A DNA stretch of 64,000 bases from an uncultured Patescibacteria group bacterium (GCA_905478415.1 CAJQIG010000004.1:139523-203522); one strand, 5' to 3'; numbered from the stretch's first letter, positions 41,301 to 51,811 are shown. Notes: a model not told the origin generated them from the letters alone. Made by a program: numbers and translations.

Positions 41301-44300
41301 GTCCAAGTGTCACCTGAGACTGAGTACTTAAAGAAGTCGTTATCATTTTCTCCCCGAGCCGCATAGAAATTTCCATCACCGCCATCAGCTAAAAATCCAT
41401 CATTATAGACATCTATGCCAATGTTGCTAAGTGTCGACCAACTGTCCGCACCAATATCGTAACGATAAAAAGGATTATTAGCCGCGTTTTGACCACGAAG
41501 TGAATAGATATAACCACCATTTAAAAGCAGCTCAGCTCCATACCCTAAACCAGCTGGAGCATTTGTCATTGATGACCATTTTGCACCACTTGATTCCTGA
41601 GTGTCAAAACGGTAGAAAGATGATGAATTAGCACCTCTATTTAAATAAATATATTGTGAACCATCATAGACCATCGAAGAACCATAGTTTGGAGCCACCG
41701 GAGGCGAATCTGCAGACTCCTCTGACCATACATTAGTAGCAATATCATAGACATAAAATCTATTATTATAACTACCACCCGTATAGTAGATTTTGTTATT
41801 TGTACTTTCGTATACAAGCGAAGAGCCATTGTAAGCACCTGAGGGCAATGAAGCCATCGTTGTGGTAGTTCCTGTCGATTGATTCCATCTAACAAATGTA
41901 TCAGAGTAATTTCCACGAACTAAGTAGAAATTATCTCCATCTCCCTTGGCAATATCTGAACCATAGTATTCAGTTGTATAGGTAGTCCCCTGGAAAGTTC
42001 TACCAAACAAACCTCCTGTTGGAGTCAACCAGCTATCTTTTGCGATATCATACTTATAAAAGGAAGTAGTATTACCTCCACGAATTGCGTAGAAACTAGT
42101 ACCAACTAGCTTCAGCGTTCCACCATAATAAAAAGTAGCTGGGGCAGAAGATTTTTGCGTCCATGTCTGTGAACCAACATCATACTGATATAGTAAATCA
42201 GAGTAATATCCCGGCATGTAAAAGATTGACTGGGTCGTTGGATCAAATTCTATAGAAGACCCATAATACGGAAGAGCTGGCAAATCAGTGAGAACTGTCC
42301 ATTCGTTGGTATTAACGTCATATTGAGAAAAACCATCTCGCAAATTTCCTTGCGTTACATACACCACTTCATTCGCTTGATCCATAGCGATATCAGCACT
42401 CACATAAGCATTATTATTTATTGCATCACTCGTGGCCCCAAAATCTAGAGTTGCCAGTGATTCCCACGAGTCAAAGCTGGTGTCATATCTCCAAAAAGCA
42501 TCGTCATTATTGCCTCTCATTACATAGATATATTGAGATCCATCGTAAATCATGGATCCTCCATATCGAACAGTGAGCGGTGTATCGACAGCATCCTCAT
42601 CACTCCATGTATCAGTTCCAATGTCATATCGCCAAAACGAAGTGTAGTTATTCCCTCTCATTCCATATAAGTACCCTGAAGGACCTTCGATAACTCCCCC
42701 TCCCATACGCACAGATGCTGGAGCTGCTGCTTTTGATGACCAGGTATCTGTATCAATATCATATGAATAAAAAGTGGTTGAGTTATTTCCTCTGAGAGCA
42801 TACAAATCATTGTTGTCAGCATCATAAGCCATGTTTTTAGCACCATACTGCATGCTCCCTGGGGTAGAGCTAATTGTTTCTTCAGCCCAAAATCCACCTG
42901 ACTGACTACTCAACTTAATTTGATCACTACTCACTACTGTATCGGTAGCTGTTCCAGTAAAATCACTGGTATCACTTACAACTAAACTTTGTGCAGGCGA
43001 AACACCACCATAACCGTACTCAAAGAGAGTGGTTCCAGCACTCACATTACCAGCCGTGTCTTTTGTTTTAATACGCAAATAATAAGTTCCTGTAGAAAAT
43101 GGTTTTGTTGTTGGATACGTTGTAGTTGTCTGGTAATCTCCATTGATCTCGGGGTCTGCTAAAACATTTGTACCGAAATACACATAGTATCCTGCCACGG
43201 CACTATCAGCATCAGTGGCTCCACTCCAAGAAAAATGAGGAGCAAGGTGGCGATATGTTTGACCACTCGTCAGTGATGATCCCCCAATTTCCTGAGAAAG
43301 ACCAGTGATGGTATCTGGATTTGTTGGTGCAGTGGTATCACCCGCATAGATAACAGTAATATCCTTTAAGATTGGCGTATCAGCCAAATCAGTTGATGCT
43401 ACTAATACTGCTCTAACCTTCAAATATTGTTGTGGAGTAGATGTAATCGTTGTTCCACTAACAGTTTGCCATGCATCCCAATTAGTACCATCACTACTCG
43501 ACTGTGTTTGATAGGTGACCGAAACATCTGAAGGCGTTGTAGCGGTCCCAACCAACGAAGTCCATGATGAAACGTACCCTAAATCTTGAACTGTTGATTC
43601 CCAAGTACCTGTAGACACATAGTTTGATCCAGAAGCCGTAAATTCAAGCAAATCAGCCAAAGCCCCACCACGGGTAACATAAAAGGTTCCAGCTCCATCA
43701 TTCTCTATCGATCCCCCCGTGTAAGTTCCTAAATTTTGAGCTCGATATCCTGCAAATGAAGGTAGTTTTCTCCAACTATCACTGCTAATGGTGTATTCCC
43801 AGAAGTCAGTCCCATACCAGCCAGTGGTAGCATAGATTTTTCCATTGTAGTAAGAGATATCTGCTCCATAATAGGGAGCAAATGGAATGCTACCCACTTC
43901 CGACCATGTGTCAGTACCAATAACATATTTATACATTCGAGCAACACCTGCACCTGCAGTGTAATACAAATCAGTTCCGTCTGTAGTTAAGCGGGCACCA
44001 TAACTGGCTCGTGCATCAGTTGGCAAATCTGAAATAGCTTCCCAGCTATCCCCAGAGATACTATATCGCCAAGCTGTATATTGGAAGTTTCCCCTGGTTG
44101 CATAGATATAATCTCCACTACCTGGATAAGTAAGTGTTCCACCATATCGAACCGAAGACGGAGCATCTGCCATCGTTGACCAAGTATCACTCCCAGGAGT
44201 GTACCTATAAAAGGTAGTAGTATTAGAACCCCTAAAGAAATAGAGGTTTGCACCAGCGACTACTCCCTTCGTATCATCATTGAAACTTGCCGGTACAGTC

Positions 44301-45460
44301 GACAAGGTTGCCCAACTGTTAGCCGTAACATCATACGAGTAGAAGGTAGTAGAACCACCACCTCGGGGAACATACAATTTACTCTGATAATATAAAAGAT
44401 CGGAACCGTTATTCAAAGTTGCCGGAGCATCTTCAGGTCCTACAAACGCATCTGCGGCAATGTCATATTTCCAAAAATGATATTGACCATTTCCTCTAAA
44501 CGTATAGATGTAACCATCACTAGCATTATAAACAACGCCTCCGTAGTAGGTAGTAGCCGGTAGGTCAGTTAAAGTTGACCAAGAATTTCCAGAAATACTA
44601 TATTTATAAAAAGTAGTCGTATTGTAGCCTCGAGCAACATATATATCTGTTCCATCAGTCGTAATATTAATGTCGTCATACATAGAAGATGGGATTAAGG
44701 CCATTGAGGACCAAGTGTTGGTTGAAATGGTATATTTGTAAAAATTTCTTTGGTTAGATCCGCGCGGAGTGTAAAATGCTCCATCATTATAGATGAGATC
44801 AGCTCCTCTACGAACTGTTGCCGGTGTCCCTGCCATTGGGGACCAACTATTGGTATCTACATCATAGCGATAAAAATCTTGACTGGTATTTCCCCTTAGT
44901 GCATAGATGTACGTACCATCTGTAGAAATACTTCCACCTTCGTAGACTAGGTCAGGAATATCTTGGAGAAGTTCCCAGGTGTCAGTTGTCGGTGAATATC
45001 GAGCAAATGTAGTCTGGTATCCACCAAAAATTGCATAGACATATCCATTAAAGTACTCAAAGTCAGCACCATAGTAGGTACCATTTGGTAAATTAGCCAA
45101 ATCTGTCCAAGTATCAGTGGCCGTTGCATATTTCCAGAAACGAACATCACCATACCCTCGAGCAGCATAAATATCTGTGCCATCAGAGGCAAATGCAGAA
45201 CCAACACTCAGCGGTAAGTCAGGACTCTTCCAGCTACGTGCTCCCCAGCTACCTGTTGAATCTAGCTCTACTTGACCTTCCAGCACCGAAGTATCAACTT
45301 GGGTTTTAGTACCGCTATCCCAATCAGAACCAGTTGTAAACTGTATACTTGTGGCTAGTACAGGGTTACTTGAAAGAAGAAAAGTAACACAAAAAAGCAC
45401 AACCAATACTAATGGCCTCCAGCTTTTGTACAATGAGCGGGTCCTTTGAAAGAGCTTCAT
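38330..45460 (-). CDS. Giant surface protein with Kelch beta-propellers and FN3 domains (2376 aa)
   Basis: Signal peptide; more than 20 repeats of G.YIY..RG.....F.RY.....W; C-terminal FN3 repeats (L.PGTTYYY, YYYKVKA). Confidence 0.88.
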   Translation of the reverse strand: MKLFQRTRSLYKSWRPLVLVVLFCVTFLLSSNPVLATSIQFTTGSDWDSGTKTQVDTSVLEGQVELDSTGSWGARSWKSPDLPLSVGSAFASDGTDIYAARGYGDVRFWKYATATDTWTDLANLPNGTYYGADFEYFNGYVYAIFGGYQTTFARYSPTTDTWELLQDIPDLVYEGGSISTDGTYIYALRGNTSQDFYRYDVDTNSWSPMAGTPATVRRGADLIYNDGAFYTPRGSNQRNFYKYTISTNTWSSMALIPSSMYDDINITTDGTDIYVARGYNTTTFYKYSISGNSWSTLTDLPATTYYGGVVYNASDGYIYTFRGNGQYHFWKYDIAADAFVGPEDAPATLNNGSDLLYYQSKLYVPRGGGSTTFYSYDVTANSWATLSTVPASFNDDTKGVVAGANLYFFRGSNTTTFYRYTPGSDTWSTMADAPSSVRYGGTLTYPGSGDYIYATRGNFQYTAWRYSISGDSWEAISDLPTDARASYGARLTTDGTDLYYTAGAGVARMYKYVIGTDTWSEVGSIPFAPYYGADISYYNGKIYATTGWYGTDFWEYTISSDSWRKLPSFAGYRAQNLGTYTGGSIENDGAGTFYVTRGGALADLLEFTASGSNYVSTGTWESTVQDLGYVSSWTSLVGTATTPSDVSVTYQTQSSSDGTNWDAWQTVSGTTITSTPQQYLKVRAVLVASTDLADTPILKDITVIYAGDTTAPTNPDTITGLSQEIGGSSLTSGQTYRHLAPHFSWSGATDADSAVAGYYVYFGTNVLADPEINGDYQTTTTYPTTKPFSTGTYYLRIKTKDTAGNVSAGTTLFEYGYGGVSPAQSLVVSDTSDFTGTATDTVVSSDQIKLSSQSGGFWAEETISSTPGSMQYGAKNMAYDADNNDLYALRGNNSTTFYSYDIDTDTWSSKAAAPASVRMGGGVIEGPSGYLYGMRGNNYTSFWRYDIGTDTWSDEDAVDTPLTVRYGGSMIYDGSQYIYVMRGNNDDAFWRYDTSFDSWESLATLDFGATSDAINNNAYVSADIAMDQANEVVYVTQGNLRDGFSQYDVNTNEWTVLTDLPALPYYGSSIEFDPTTQSIFYMPGYYSDLLYQYDVGSQTWTQKSSAPATFYYGGTLKLVGTSFYAIRGGNTTSFYKYDIAKDSWLTPTGGLFGRTFQGTTYTTEYYGSDIAKGDGDNFYLVRGNYSDTFVRWNQSTGTTTTMASLPSGAYNGSSLVYESTNNKIYYTGGSYNNRFYVYDIATNVWSEESADSPPVAPNYGSSMVYDGSQYIYLNRGANSSSFYRFDTQESSGAKWSSMTNAPAGLGYGAELLLNGGYIYSLRGQNAANNPFYRYDIGADSWSTLSNIGIDVYNDGFLADGGDGNFYAARGENDNDFFKYSVSGDTWTQLDNAPARIYAGGAGESNGSNKIYMLSGSGTNSIRDGIYTYVMDTATSGFKESGSYTSQTHDLTSVYKWASLDVVMAEASNTGITITTRSSADASAWSSWTAVSAEKQTGTTYSYKINSPANQYIEVKFELTSSDGVLSTIVNDYTINYYKDTSAPTNPENAGLSVYSDNSPGDAIVSGTWYGHAAPYFDWPEAEATNGASDTTSGSGVAGYYVYFGTNVSADPEVDGTLQTTSDYTASGLVNGSTYYLRIKTVDDAGNFSATTWQPFIYKYDAEPASAPTSVTSDPSGYSAIDSFDFSWDTATASGAPVTEYCYKTGASAGAYSVDQCTASTAVTAIPSHKVGANTFSVRTKDAGGNYSSYATTQYYYVDSANAPAPPQNVQVAPATNTDNSFAFSWTPPATGTFYGSESNLSYYYSINALPTVQSTSSTSLTYLNAGAYATLPGDNVFYIVTKDEAGNINYSNYEQVTFSANTSAPGIPLNIDIADVSVKSTSSWKLALSWEVPAENVSNPEAISSYSIYRSIDGTSFAEIATSGGISYVDVGLTQQIYYYKVKACDSTNNCGAFSEIVTLYPDGKFVTPAELTSAPTETDITTRKATISWSTGRTADSKIAYGLGAGDYFDEEVSNSEHVTSHILKMSNLSPGTTYYYIAKWTDEDGNTGSSDEMTFETQPPPSTEEPVIKAVGLDTALVQFTSKNASRVRIYYGESSAFGGIEDVVTGTGEGTYTVQLKELTDGTKYYYKINAFDSEGEEYEGEIHSFTTLPRPRLSNIKVNQVKGTARSTLLVTWNSNTQVSSVITYYPVVAPGAAKDEVNIALKSGKHQMVLYDLEPQTTYALVVKGKDAAGNEAAGEVQQVSTSADTRPPQISDLKVDTEILGTGEEATAQLVVSYKTDEAATAQIEFGEGSGTSYSQKTQEDGSFTSHHLVVISELSPAKVYHLRAISKDSFGNEALSLDKVVITPKATENALDLVVTNLSAAFGFLGRGN

Positions 45461-45660
45461 GAAGTGTTTTTATACTGTTATATATCCTAAGATATAGTCT
45501 TTGTTCCTTAGATAACTACTCTTTTAAATATCTCACAAATCTCACCCCATTCATAGAGAAACAAACCCGAATACAGATCGAGAAAATTATTAACAGCTAC
45601 AAATCACTCTTCGCTTTTCCTTTGGCATCATTCATGCACTGAACGTACAATAAGCACTAT

Positions 45661-46443
45661 ATGAAAAAACAATCTCACAACTATGTACTGATCACGGGCG
45701 GCTCAAAAGGTATTGGCTCTGCCTTGGCACAACAGTTTGCGCAAAGAAATAATAATCTGATCTTAGTTGCTCGTTCAAAAAAAGAGCTAGCTATCACTGC
45801 AGAAAAACTCATTACAACATATGATATAACCGTTAAAATTTTTGCTTGTGATCTGAGCCTTGCTACTGCAGTTTCATCGTTAGTTTCTTTTCTAAAAAAA
45901 GAGAACTGTACTGTCACAACTCTTATTAATAATGCTGGCTTTGGAAATCTTTCTGCATTCGCAGCTGCTGATACAACAAAGCTTATCGAAATGATCCACG
46001 TCAATATAACCGCTCTAACCCAGCTAACCCGAGAGCTTCTTCCTGCCATGCTGCAAAAAAAACAAGGACATATTGTAAATATTGCCTCTACTGCTGCGTT
46101 TTTGCCAGGCCCCTACATGGCTGTCTACTTTGCAACTAAAGCATATGTTCTTTCACTTGGGGAAGCACTGGCTGTGGAGCTTGAAAATACTGGCGTCTCC
46201 ATAACGACCATCTGTCCTGGACCAACTGAAACAAATTTCAGCAAGAGAGCATCTAACAAAAATATCTCCTTCTTTGAAAATGCTATGTCTGTTGATGCAG
46301 TTGCTACTCAGGCTTATAAAGCTATTTCAAAAAGAAAAGGAACCTTTATTCCCGGTTTAAAAAACAAACCTATAGCCCTGTTGAGTAAACTGATTCCAAG
46401 AAATATACTTGCCAAAATTGTTGGTAGCATCCAGAGAACCTAA
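45661..46443 (+). CDS. Short-chain dehydrogenase/reductase
   Basis: TGGSKGIG, NNAGFG, YFATK. Confidence 0.93.
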   Translation: MKKQSHNYVLITGGSKGIGSALAQQFAQRNNNLILVARSKKELAITAEKLITTYDITVKIFACDLSLATAVSSLVSFLKKENCTVTTLINNAGFGNLSAFAAADTTKLIEMIHVNITALTQLTRELLPAMLQKKQGHIVNIASTAAFLPGPYMAVYFATKAYVLSLGEALAVELENTGVSITTICPGPTETNFSKRASNKNISFFENAMSVDAVATQAYKAISKRKGTFIPGLKNKPIALLSKLIPRNILAKIVGSIQRT

Positions 46444-46630
46444 AAAATTAAACTACTCAATTACCACCTGAGCATCAAGCACCTTAACTCCTGTTGCATT
46501 CATATCAATTATACTCCGAACTAGGGTGGGGTTAGTAAATCTGGGACAAACTGAGTTGGGCCCTCTATATCATTCTATTTTTAGAAATCTCGAAACAAAT
46601 TTTCATAAAATGTTTTATACTAGTGTCCGT

Positions 46631-48196
46631 ATGTCACAAGAACAAGAAAAACCAAACACCGGCCTTCATCTACTCAACGAACATTCATTTTCATCAGAGT
46701 TCTCGATAACTGAACAAGACTTGAATGCAGAACGTGCCTATGCTGAACGCAGAAGAAGACAGATTGAAAACTGCGCCCGCCCATTAGAAATACGAGTAGA
46801 TAACTATGTCACTGCCATACAGTCCCAAGCTCTACTTATCAATGACACCCGTAACGTAGGGGACCTTGAATCACTTGAAATTTTGGAAGATCATTTAGCT
46901 GGCACAAGTGAGGCCGGTAAGACTCCAACCAGAGATATCAATACTGAAACATGGAAAAATCCTTATATCAGAGCTGTCTTTAAAAACATGCAATTCGAAA
47001 ATCAAACAGGTCTGTTGACTCTTATTCTCGACTCTCAGTATGCAGACATATTGCTAGATGAAGCAGATAAAACGAATATCACAACCGAAAAAGATGCCTA
47101 TTTATTCTTACTGCAACTTACGTTTGGTTGGCTCCTCAACAAAACAAAAGCAATAACCTTTGACCAATCAGGAACGTCTATTTCTGTCCAAAAAATTGAT
47201 CGTAGTGGAGTTCCGTATGTCACTCACTCTCTTGAGGTAGTTGATGCTGCACTTGGACTCAAAGTCCTGTCTGTAGTAGAAGTCCTAACCGCACTTCTCC
47301 ATGATATTAAAGAGAAAGGTGCAAAATTCAACTTTAATCTTGAGACATTCGTCTATGAAGTATTTGCTATTACCCTCGAGGATTTTGAGAAACGACTCGG
47401 AGCTCTGGGAACATTGCTTTCAGTTACTGTTGATATTCTCACAGAGATGGAACTCGGTGATACATACGATCAAAGACTAACACCTGAAGAAAAAGAAGCT
47501 GCCTTTGGAAACAACTATGAAGGAAAAATGTCGGCTGAAGAACGAGCAACAGCTGAAACGGCTGTCAAAAATGATTTACTCAGTTCTGACTCAGAGTATG
47601 CGAAAGAAATACTGCAAAAACTAAGTACTGAAGCTCGGTTTGGTCGAACCGAAGAACTACTTTTTAGAAAAACAGGTGAGTTCGGTAATCTCGCTTACGG
47701 GATCAGAACCTTCGTCGAAAAATTAATTGCACTTCACAGCGGTGAATTTGCTGATAACCTTGAGGCCCAAACAGTTATCATCGATACCCTCATCAAGCCA
47801 ATTCTAACTACTGAGGTTTTAGATCGATTTAAATCTGATGTTGCCACTTTAGCAAAACGAACAACTGAAAAAATTTCGAGTGGAAAATGGCAAGAAATTG
47901 ATGTGGTTGCCTACTTTGAAAGACTAGACAACTTTATGTTTGAGATACTCGCTGCTCTCAAAATTACTGGGCTCGCTGAGGAATACTCGACCATGATTCA
48001 AAGTTCTCTTGCAAACATCCAACTTGCAAAAATTGATGTATTTGCCAGTACTGGTATTGAAGTTACGCAAAAAAAGATTGAAGCGTTTAGAAAAATTCGA
48101 ACGATTGTGCACCCACACTTTGTTACAAAATATACTGATCAAAAAGTTTCTGAAAAGATTGCTACCGTTCTCCCTATTTTACGTAACCTACGGTAA
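46631..48196 (+). CDS. Protein with RelA/SpoT-like HD hydrolase motif
   Basis: RSGVPYVTHSLEV...ALLHDIKE; start probably MSQEQ after a TATACT box. Confidence 0.55.
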   Translation: MSQEQEKPNTGLHLLNEHSFSSEFSITEQDLNAERAYAERRRRQIENCARPLEIRVDNYVTAIQSQALLINDTRNVGDLESLEILEDHLAGTSEAGKTPTRDINTETWKNPYIRAVFKNMQFENQTGLLTLILDSQYADILLDEADKTNITTEKDAYLFLLQLTFGWLLNKTKAITFDQSGTSISVQKIDRSGVPYVTHSLEVVDAALGLKVLSVVEVLTALLHDIKEKGAKFNFNLETFVYEVFAITLEDFEKRLGALGTLLSVTVDILTEMELGDTYDQRLTPEEKEAAFGNNYEGKMSAEERATAETAVKNDLLSSDSEYAKEILQKLSTEARFGRTEELLFRKTGEFGNLAYGIRTFVEKLIALHSGEFADNLEAQTVIIDTLIKPILTTEVLDRFKSDVATLAKRTTEKISSGKWQEIDVVAYFERLDNFMFEILAALKITGLAEEYSTMIQSSLANIQLAKIDVFASTGIEVTQKKIEAFRKIRTIVHPHFVTKYTDQKVSEKIATVLPILRNLR

Positions 48197-48266
48197 CTAG
48201 TCAAAAAATCACCGTGCTTGTATAATAAAGATACTCAAAATAGAACCATTGGTTCAGAAAGACAAC

Positions 48267-48521
48267 ATGCCAACCAAAAAAACTAAAGCCAAAACTGAGT
48301 CCTTCAAAGTCGATGGGGAAATGCTCCTCAAAAAAGTCAAAGACTTAATTAGAGAAGGCAACGTTCGCAGAATAAAAATTATCGATAAAAGTGGGAATGA
48401 GCTGATTGTGCTTCCATTAACCCTCGGCGTCGTTGGGGCCCTACTCGCTCCTCCACTTGCTGCCGTCGGAGCTATTGCCGCTTTAGTGACTGAGTGTACT
48501 ATTGTGGTTGAAAGAGAATAG
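48267..48521 (+). CDS. DUF4342 family protein
   Basis: KVKDLIREGNVRRI...PLTLGVVG...TECTIVVER. Confidence 0.85.
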   Translation: MPTKKTKAKTESFKVDGEMLLKKVKDLIREGNVRRIKIIDKSGNELIVLPLTLGVVGALLAPPLAAVGAIAALVTECTIVVERE

Positions 48522-48525
48522 TTTT

Positions 48526-48951
48526 TTACAAGCGAAATTTAATTGAGATCCATTTGCCATACGATGACTGGGTATCTGAGCCATGTCTGGTTCCTGGCTT
48601 GACCATAAAAACAGAAGCCGTCTTTGTTTTTGCTATTGGTGTACCTAAACCAGCATATACACTCTCACCTTCTGTAATAATTATTTCGCTGACACCTTCA
48701 GCTCCATGATCGTGTTCTATAATCCGACCTTCTGTTCGTCCATACTTGGCATCAATAGCTTGTAGCCACACGCCAACAATTTGAGGAGAACTCTCTTTGT
48801 TAGAATATATGGTATCTGAGCTGAGTAAACCCATATGAGGACCAGAGGCCGCCAATAATTCCAACTTTTGTAAAAAAATATCTTCTAGTTGTGGAACAAC
48901 TCCCAAATCAACTTGGCATTTTTCTTTGATTATTTCTTTGAGGGTAGTCAC
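48526..48951 (-). CDS. Cupin-like protein
   Basis: HDH...SE...EG...VKPGTRHG. Confidence 0.55.
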   Translation of the reverse strand: MTTLKEIIKEKCQVDLGVVPQLEDIFLQKLELLAASGPHMGLLSSDTIYSNKESSPQIVGVWLQAIDAKYGRTEGRIIEHDHGAEGVSEIIITEGESVYAGLGTPIAKTKTASVFMVKPGTRHGSDTQSSYGKWISIKFRL

Positions 48952-49961
48952 TGTTTTTCCTGCAATTGTAATTCTTCAACTTGAGCTTCTAACGCTGCAA
49001 TCTTGCTTGCTGCTTTTTCTTCAACTGCACTAATTTCTGCCATAATTGAATCAAACTCTACCTGGGCTTGATTATCATATTCAGTTGCTTCCAACAGGTA
49101 GGCAGAATAATCTCTTTCACCTTCTAAACGATATGTTGCCGCGTCACTTAAAGCTGATCGGGCATCTTGCCGCTTGCTAGTTGCCTTACTGGCTTTTCCT
49201 TGCCTTTCAGCTGCAACAGCCTCGGCCTCTTTCTGACGCGCTTTTGCTTCCTTTGCTTGAGCTTTCTTTTCTTTGGCCTCACGTTTTTCGATTGCTTTTG
49301 CTCTTTTTTCCTTTGCTTTTTGAGTATATTTCTCTTTTTTCTCAATAGCTTTTTCTTTTTTCTGGTTAGATTTTTCAACTTTCTTTGCTTTTTCCTTGGG
49401 AATGAGGATTGTTTGAATGTACTCAATTTTTTCTTGAACACTCATCCCAGCCGGAGTCTCCACCTGAATTGAAAGATGTTCAGAAGTAATGCTAATGTTT
49501 TTTCTTGGAGGTAAAAACACTATAATTTTAGGATGTGAACTACTTTCTTTAGAACCCGAACGTATCTCAATAGGACCCATTTCAGAACCGCCAGATAATG
49601 ATATTGACCCACCACTTCCTGATACATTTGAAATCTGAATCCCTGCAGATCCACTAAATGAAATTTGATTCGACCCTGACAACGCTTTAGCAACTTGATA
49701 AGACAAAACACTTGACCCAAAATTCACAAACAGAGTGTCGCCTTCTAGAGTATAGGTGGGTTCACCATTTTCTACACTAACGCTGTTTATCTTATTTGGA
49801 TTAGAATCAACACTCAACTCAAATGACGGGGCCCCAGACAAAATAATATTATTTACCCTATTTAAAGCCTCCGAGTTTGGTGCTTGTTCTGAACCATTTG
49901 CACCTTCATCTTTGGAAATCCTAAATTCTTGAGCCGTGCTATCAGTAAGTGTTTCTACCAT
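48948..49961 (-). CDS. Hypothetical protein with K/A/E-rich coiled coil
   Basis: Ser/Gly-rich beta region followed by a charged helix. Confidence 0.6.
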   Translation of the reverse strand: MVETLTDSTAQEFRISKDEGANGSEQAPNSEALNRVNNIILSGAPSFELSVDSNPNKINSVSVENGEPTYTLEGDTLFVNFGSSVLSYQVAKALSGSNQISFSGSAGIQISNVSGSGGSISLSGGSEMGPIEIRSGSKESSSHPKIIVFLPPRKNISITSEHLSIQVETPAGMSVQEKIEYIQTILIPKEKAKKVEKSNQKKEKAIEKKEKYTQKAKEKRAKAIEKREAKEKKAQAKEAKARQKEAEAVAAERQGKASKATSKRQDARSALSDAATYRLEGERDYSAYLLEATEYDNQAQVEFDSIMAEISAVEEKAASKIAALEAQVEELQLQEKQ

Positions 49962-50047
49962 ATACTTCTATTTCCATAACTTATTTTGAATACCCATTAT
50001 ATCATTTTCTACACTAAACCTCAGAAATATACGGTAGAATGACTTCC

Positions 50048-51811
50048 ATGACTAAGCCAAACATCGATCTCACCCAAGCAAAAAAGGCCCTAAAAAAATA
50101 CTTTGGCTACGACTCTTTTCACCCAACACAGGAAGAGGCTATCTCAGCAGTGTTAGCAGGTAAGGACACCTTTGTCCTCATGCCTACTGGCGGTGGAAAA
50201 TCCATGTGCTACCAAATTCCTGCACTGCTTTTAGAAGGCACTACCATTGTGGTCTCACCCTTAATTGCCTTAATGAAAGATCAAGTCGATGGCCTTAAGG
50301 CCAACGGTATTGCGGCAGAGTTCTTAAATAGTAGTTTAGACTTGCATGAACAAAATGAAATTGTCGAAGCACTCTTGGAAGGAAACATTCAGATTCTCTA
50401 CGTTTCTGCCGAACGACTTGTCTCCCCCGATTTTATTAAACTGTTGAAAAAGATCACTCCCAATTTATTCGCTATTGACGAAGCACATTGTATTTCTTCT
50501 TGGGGACACGATTTTCGTCCCGACTATACGAAACTTTCACATCTCAAAACGTTGTATCCAAAAATTCCCATTATTGCTCTCACAGCCACCGCGGACCAAA
50601 CGACTCGCCGTGATATTTTAGCGCAACTCGAACTTGACGAACCACAAGAGTTTGTTGATTCATTTGATCGACCCAATATTTCCCTCACTGTTCTTCCGGG
50701 AAGAAAACGAATGGAAAAAATTAAAGATTTTCTGCATGATAAACCCATGCAATCAGGCATCATTTACTGCTTAACACGTAAACAAACAGAGAGCCTTGCC
50801 CAAAAGCTGCAACAGTTGGGACTTAATGCGGCTAGCTATCATGCAGGGCTTAAATCGGCAGAACGATCCAGAATTCAAAAAAGTTTTGTGCGCGATAAAA
50901 CCCAAATTATTTGTGCCACCATTGCCTTTGGCATGGGCATCGATAAATCAAATGTTCGCTGGATCATTCACTATAATTTGCCCAAAAATATTGAGGGTTA
51001 CTATCAAGAATTTGGCCGGGCAGGACGAGACTCTGCCCCAGCTCAAGCGCTCCTGTTCTATACCTTTGCAGATGTCGAGATGATTAAACGCTTTTTTATT
51101 GACACCACCCAAGGTAGCCTCCAGTTAGCAAAGCTCGATCGAATTAAGGAATACGCCGAAGGGGTCATTTGTCGCAGACAAATTTTGCTCCGCTACTTTG
51201 ACGAATCGTATGAAAAAGAATGTGGCAACTGTGATATCTGCGCCAATCCATTCCCGACTCTTAACGGTACCGCTATTACTCAAAAAGCACTTGAAACCCT
51301 TCAAAAAATGACAAACCCAACCACTCAAGATTTAGTCAATGCACTTATACCCAGCAGCAACAAGGTCAGTTTTGCTTCGTGGCATTTTTACCTTGCTCAA
51401 CTAAAAAATCTTGGACTAATCCGAGTTGATTTTAGTGCAAACCAAACCTTAACCATCACTCCAAAAGGAAAAAAAGTACTTTCAAAAAAAGCAAAGGTCA
51501 AACTAGTACTGCTTGATACTTTTATCGAACGACAAGAAAAAGCCAGCAAAACCACAAAGTCGTATACAAAAAACAAAGTTGCTAAAGATTACTACGAGAA
51601 TGAATTGTTCGATAAACTTAAAGAAATTCGAGCCAAGTTTGCCAAAAAAAACTCTCTCGCTGCATATATGGTTTTTAGTGATAAAACCTTGTTAGAAATG
51701 GCAAACGAAAAACCTAAAAATAAAGCTGAAATGCTGAACGTTTCTGGTGTTGGAGAAGTAAAGTGGGAACGGTATGGGCAAGACTTTTTAGATATTATCC
51801 TGCATGAATAA
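50048..51811 (+). CDS. recQ: ATP-dependent DNA helicase RecQ (with HRDC domain)
   Basis: MPTGGGKS, DEAHCIS.WGHDFRP, QEFGRAGRD, CRR...CGNCDIC, HRDC. Confidence 0.96.
   Translation: MTKPNIDLTQAKKALKKYFGYDSFHPTQEEAISAVLAGKDTFVLMPTGGGKSMCYQIPALLLEGTTIVVSPLIALMKDQVDGLKANGIAAEFLNSSLDLHEQNEIVEALLEGNIQILYVSAERLVSPDFIKLLKKITPNLFAIDEAHCISSWGHDFRPDYTKLSHLKTLYPKIPIIALTATADQTTRRDILAQLELDEPQEFVDSFDRPNISLTVLPGRKRMEKIKDFLHDKPMQSGIIYCLTRKQTESLAQKLQQLGLNAASYHAGLKSAERSRIQKSFVRDKTQIICATIAFGMGIDKSNVRWIIHYNLPKNIEGYYQEFGRAGRDSAPAQALLFYTFADVEMIKRFFIDTTQGSLQLAKLDRIKEYAEGVICRRQILLRYFDESYEKECGNCDICANPFPTLNGTAITQKALETLQKMTNPTTQDLVNALIPSSNKVSFASWHFYLAQLKNLGLIRVDFSANQTLTITPKGKKVLSKKAKVKLVLLDTFIERQEKASKTTKSYTKNKVAKDYYENELFDKLKEIRAKFAKKNSLAAYMVFSDKTLLEMANEKPKNKAEMLNVSGVGEVKWERYGQDFLDIILHE

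Noticed and set aside
38529-45309. Numerous short alternative-frame ORFs inside the Kelch gene and other long genes
   Set aside because: They are shadow ORFs overlapping well-supported genes and carry no motifs.
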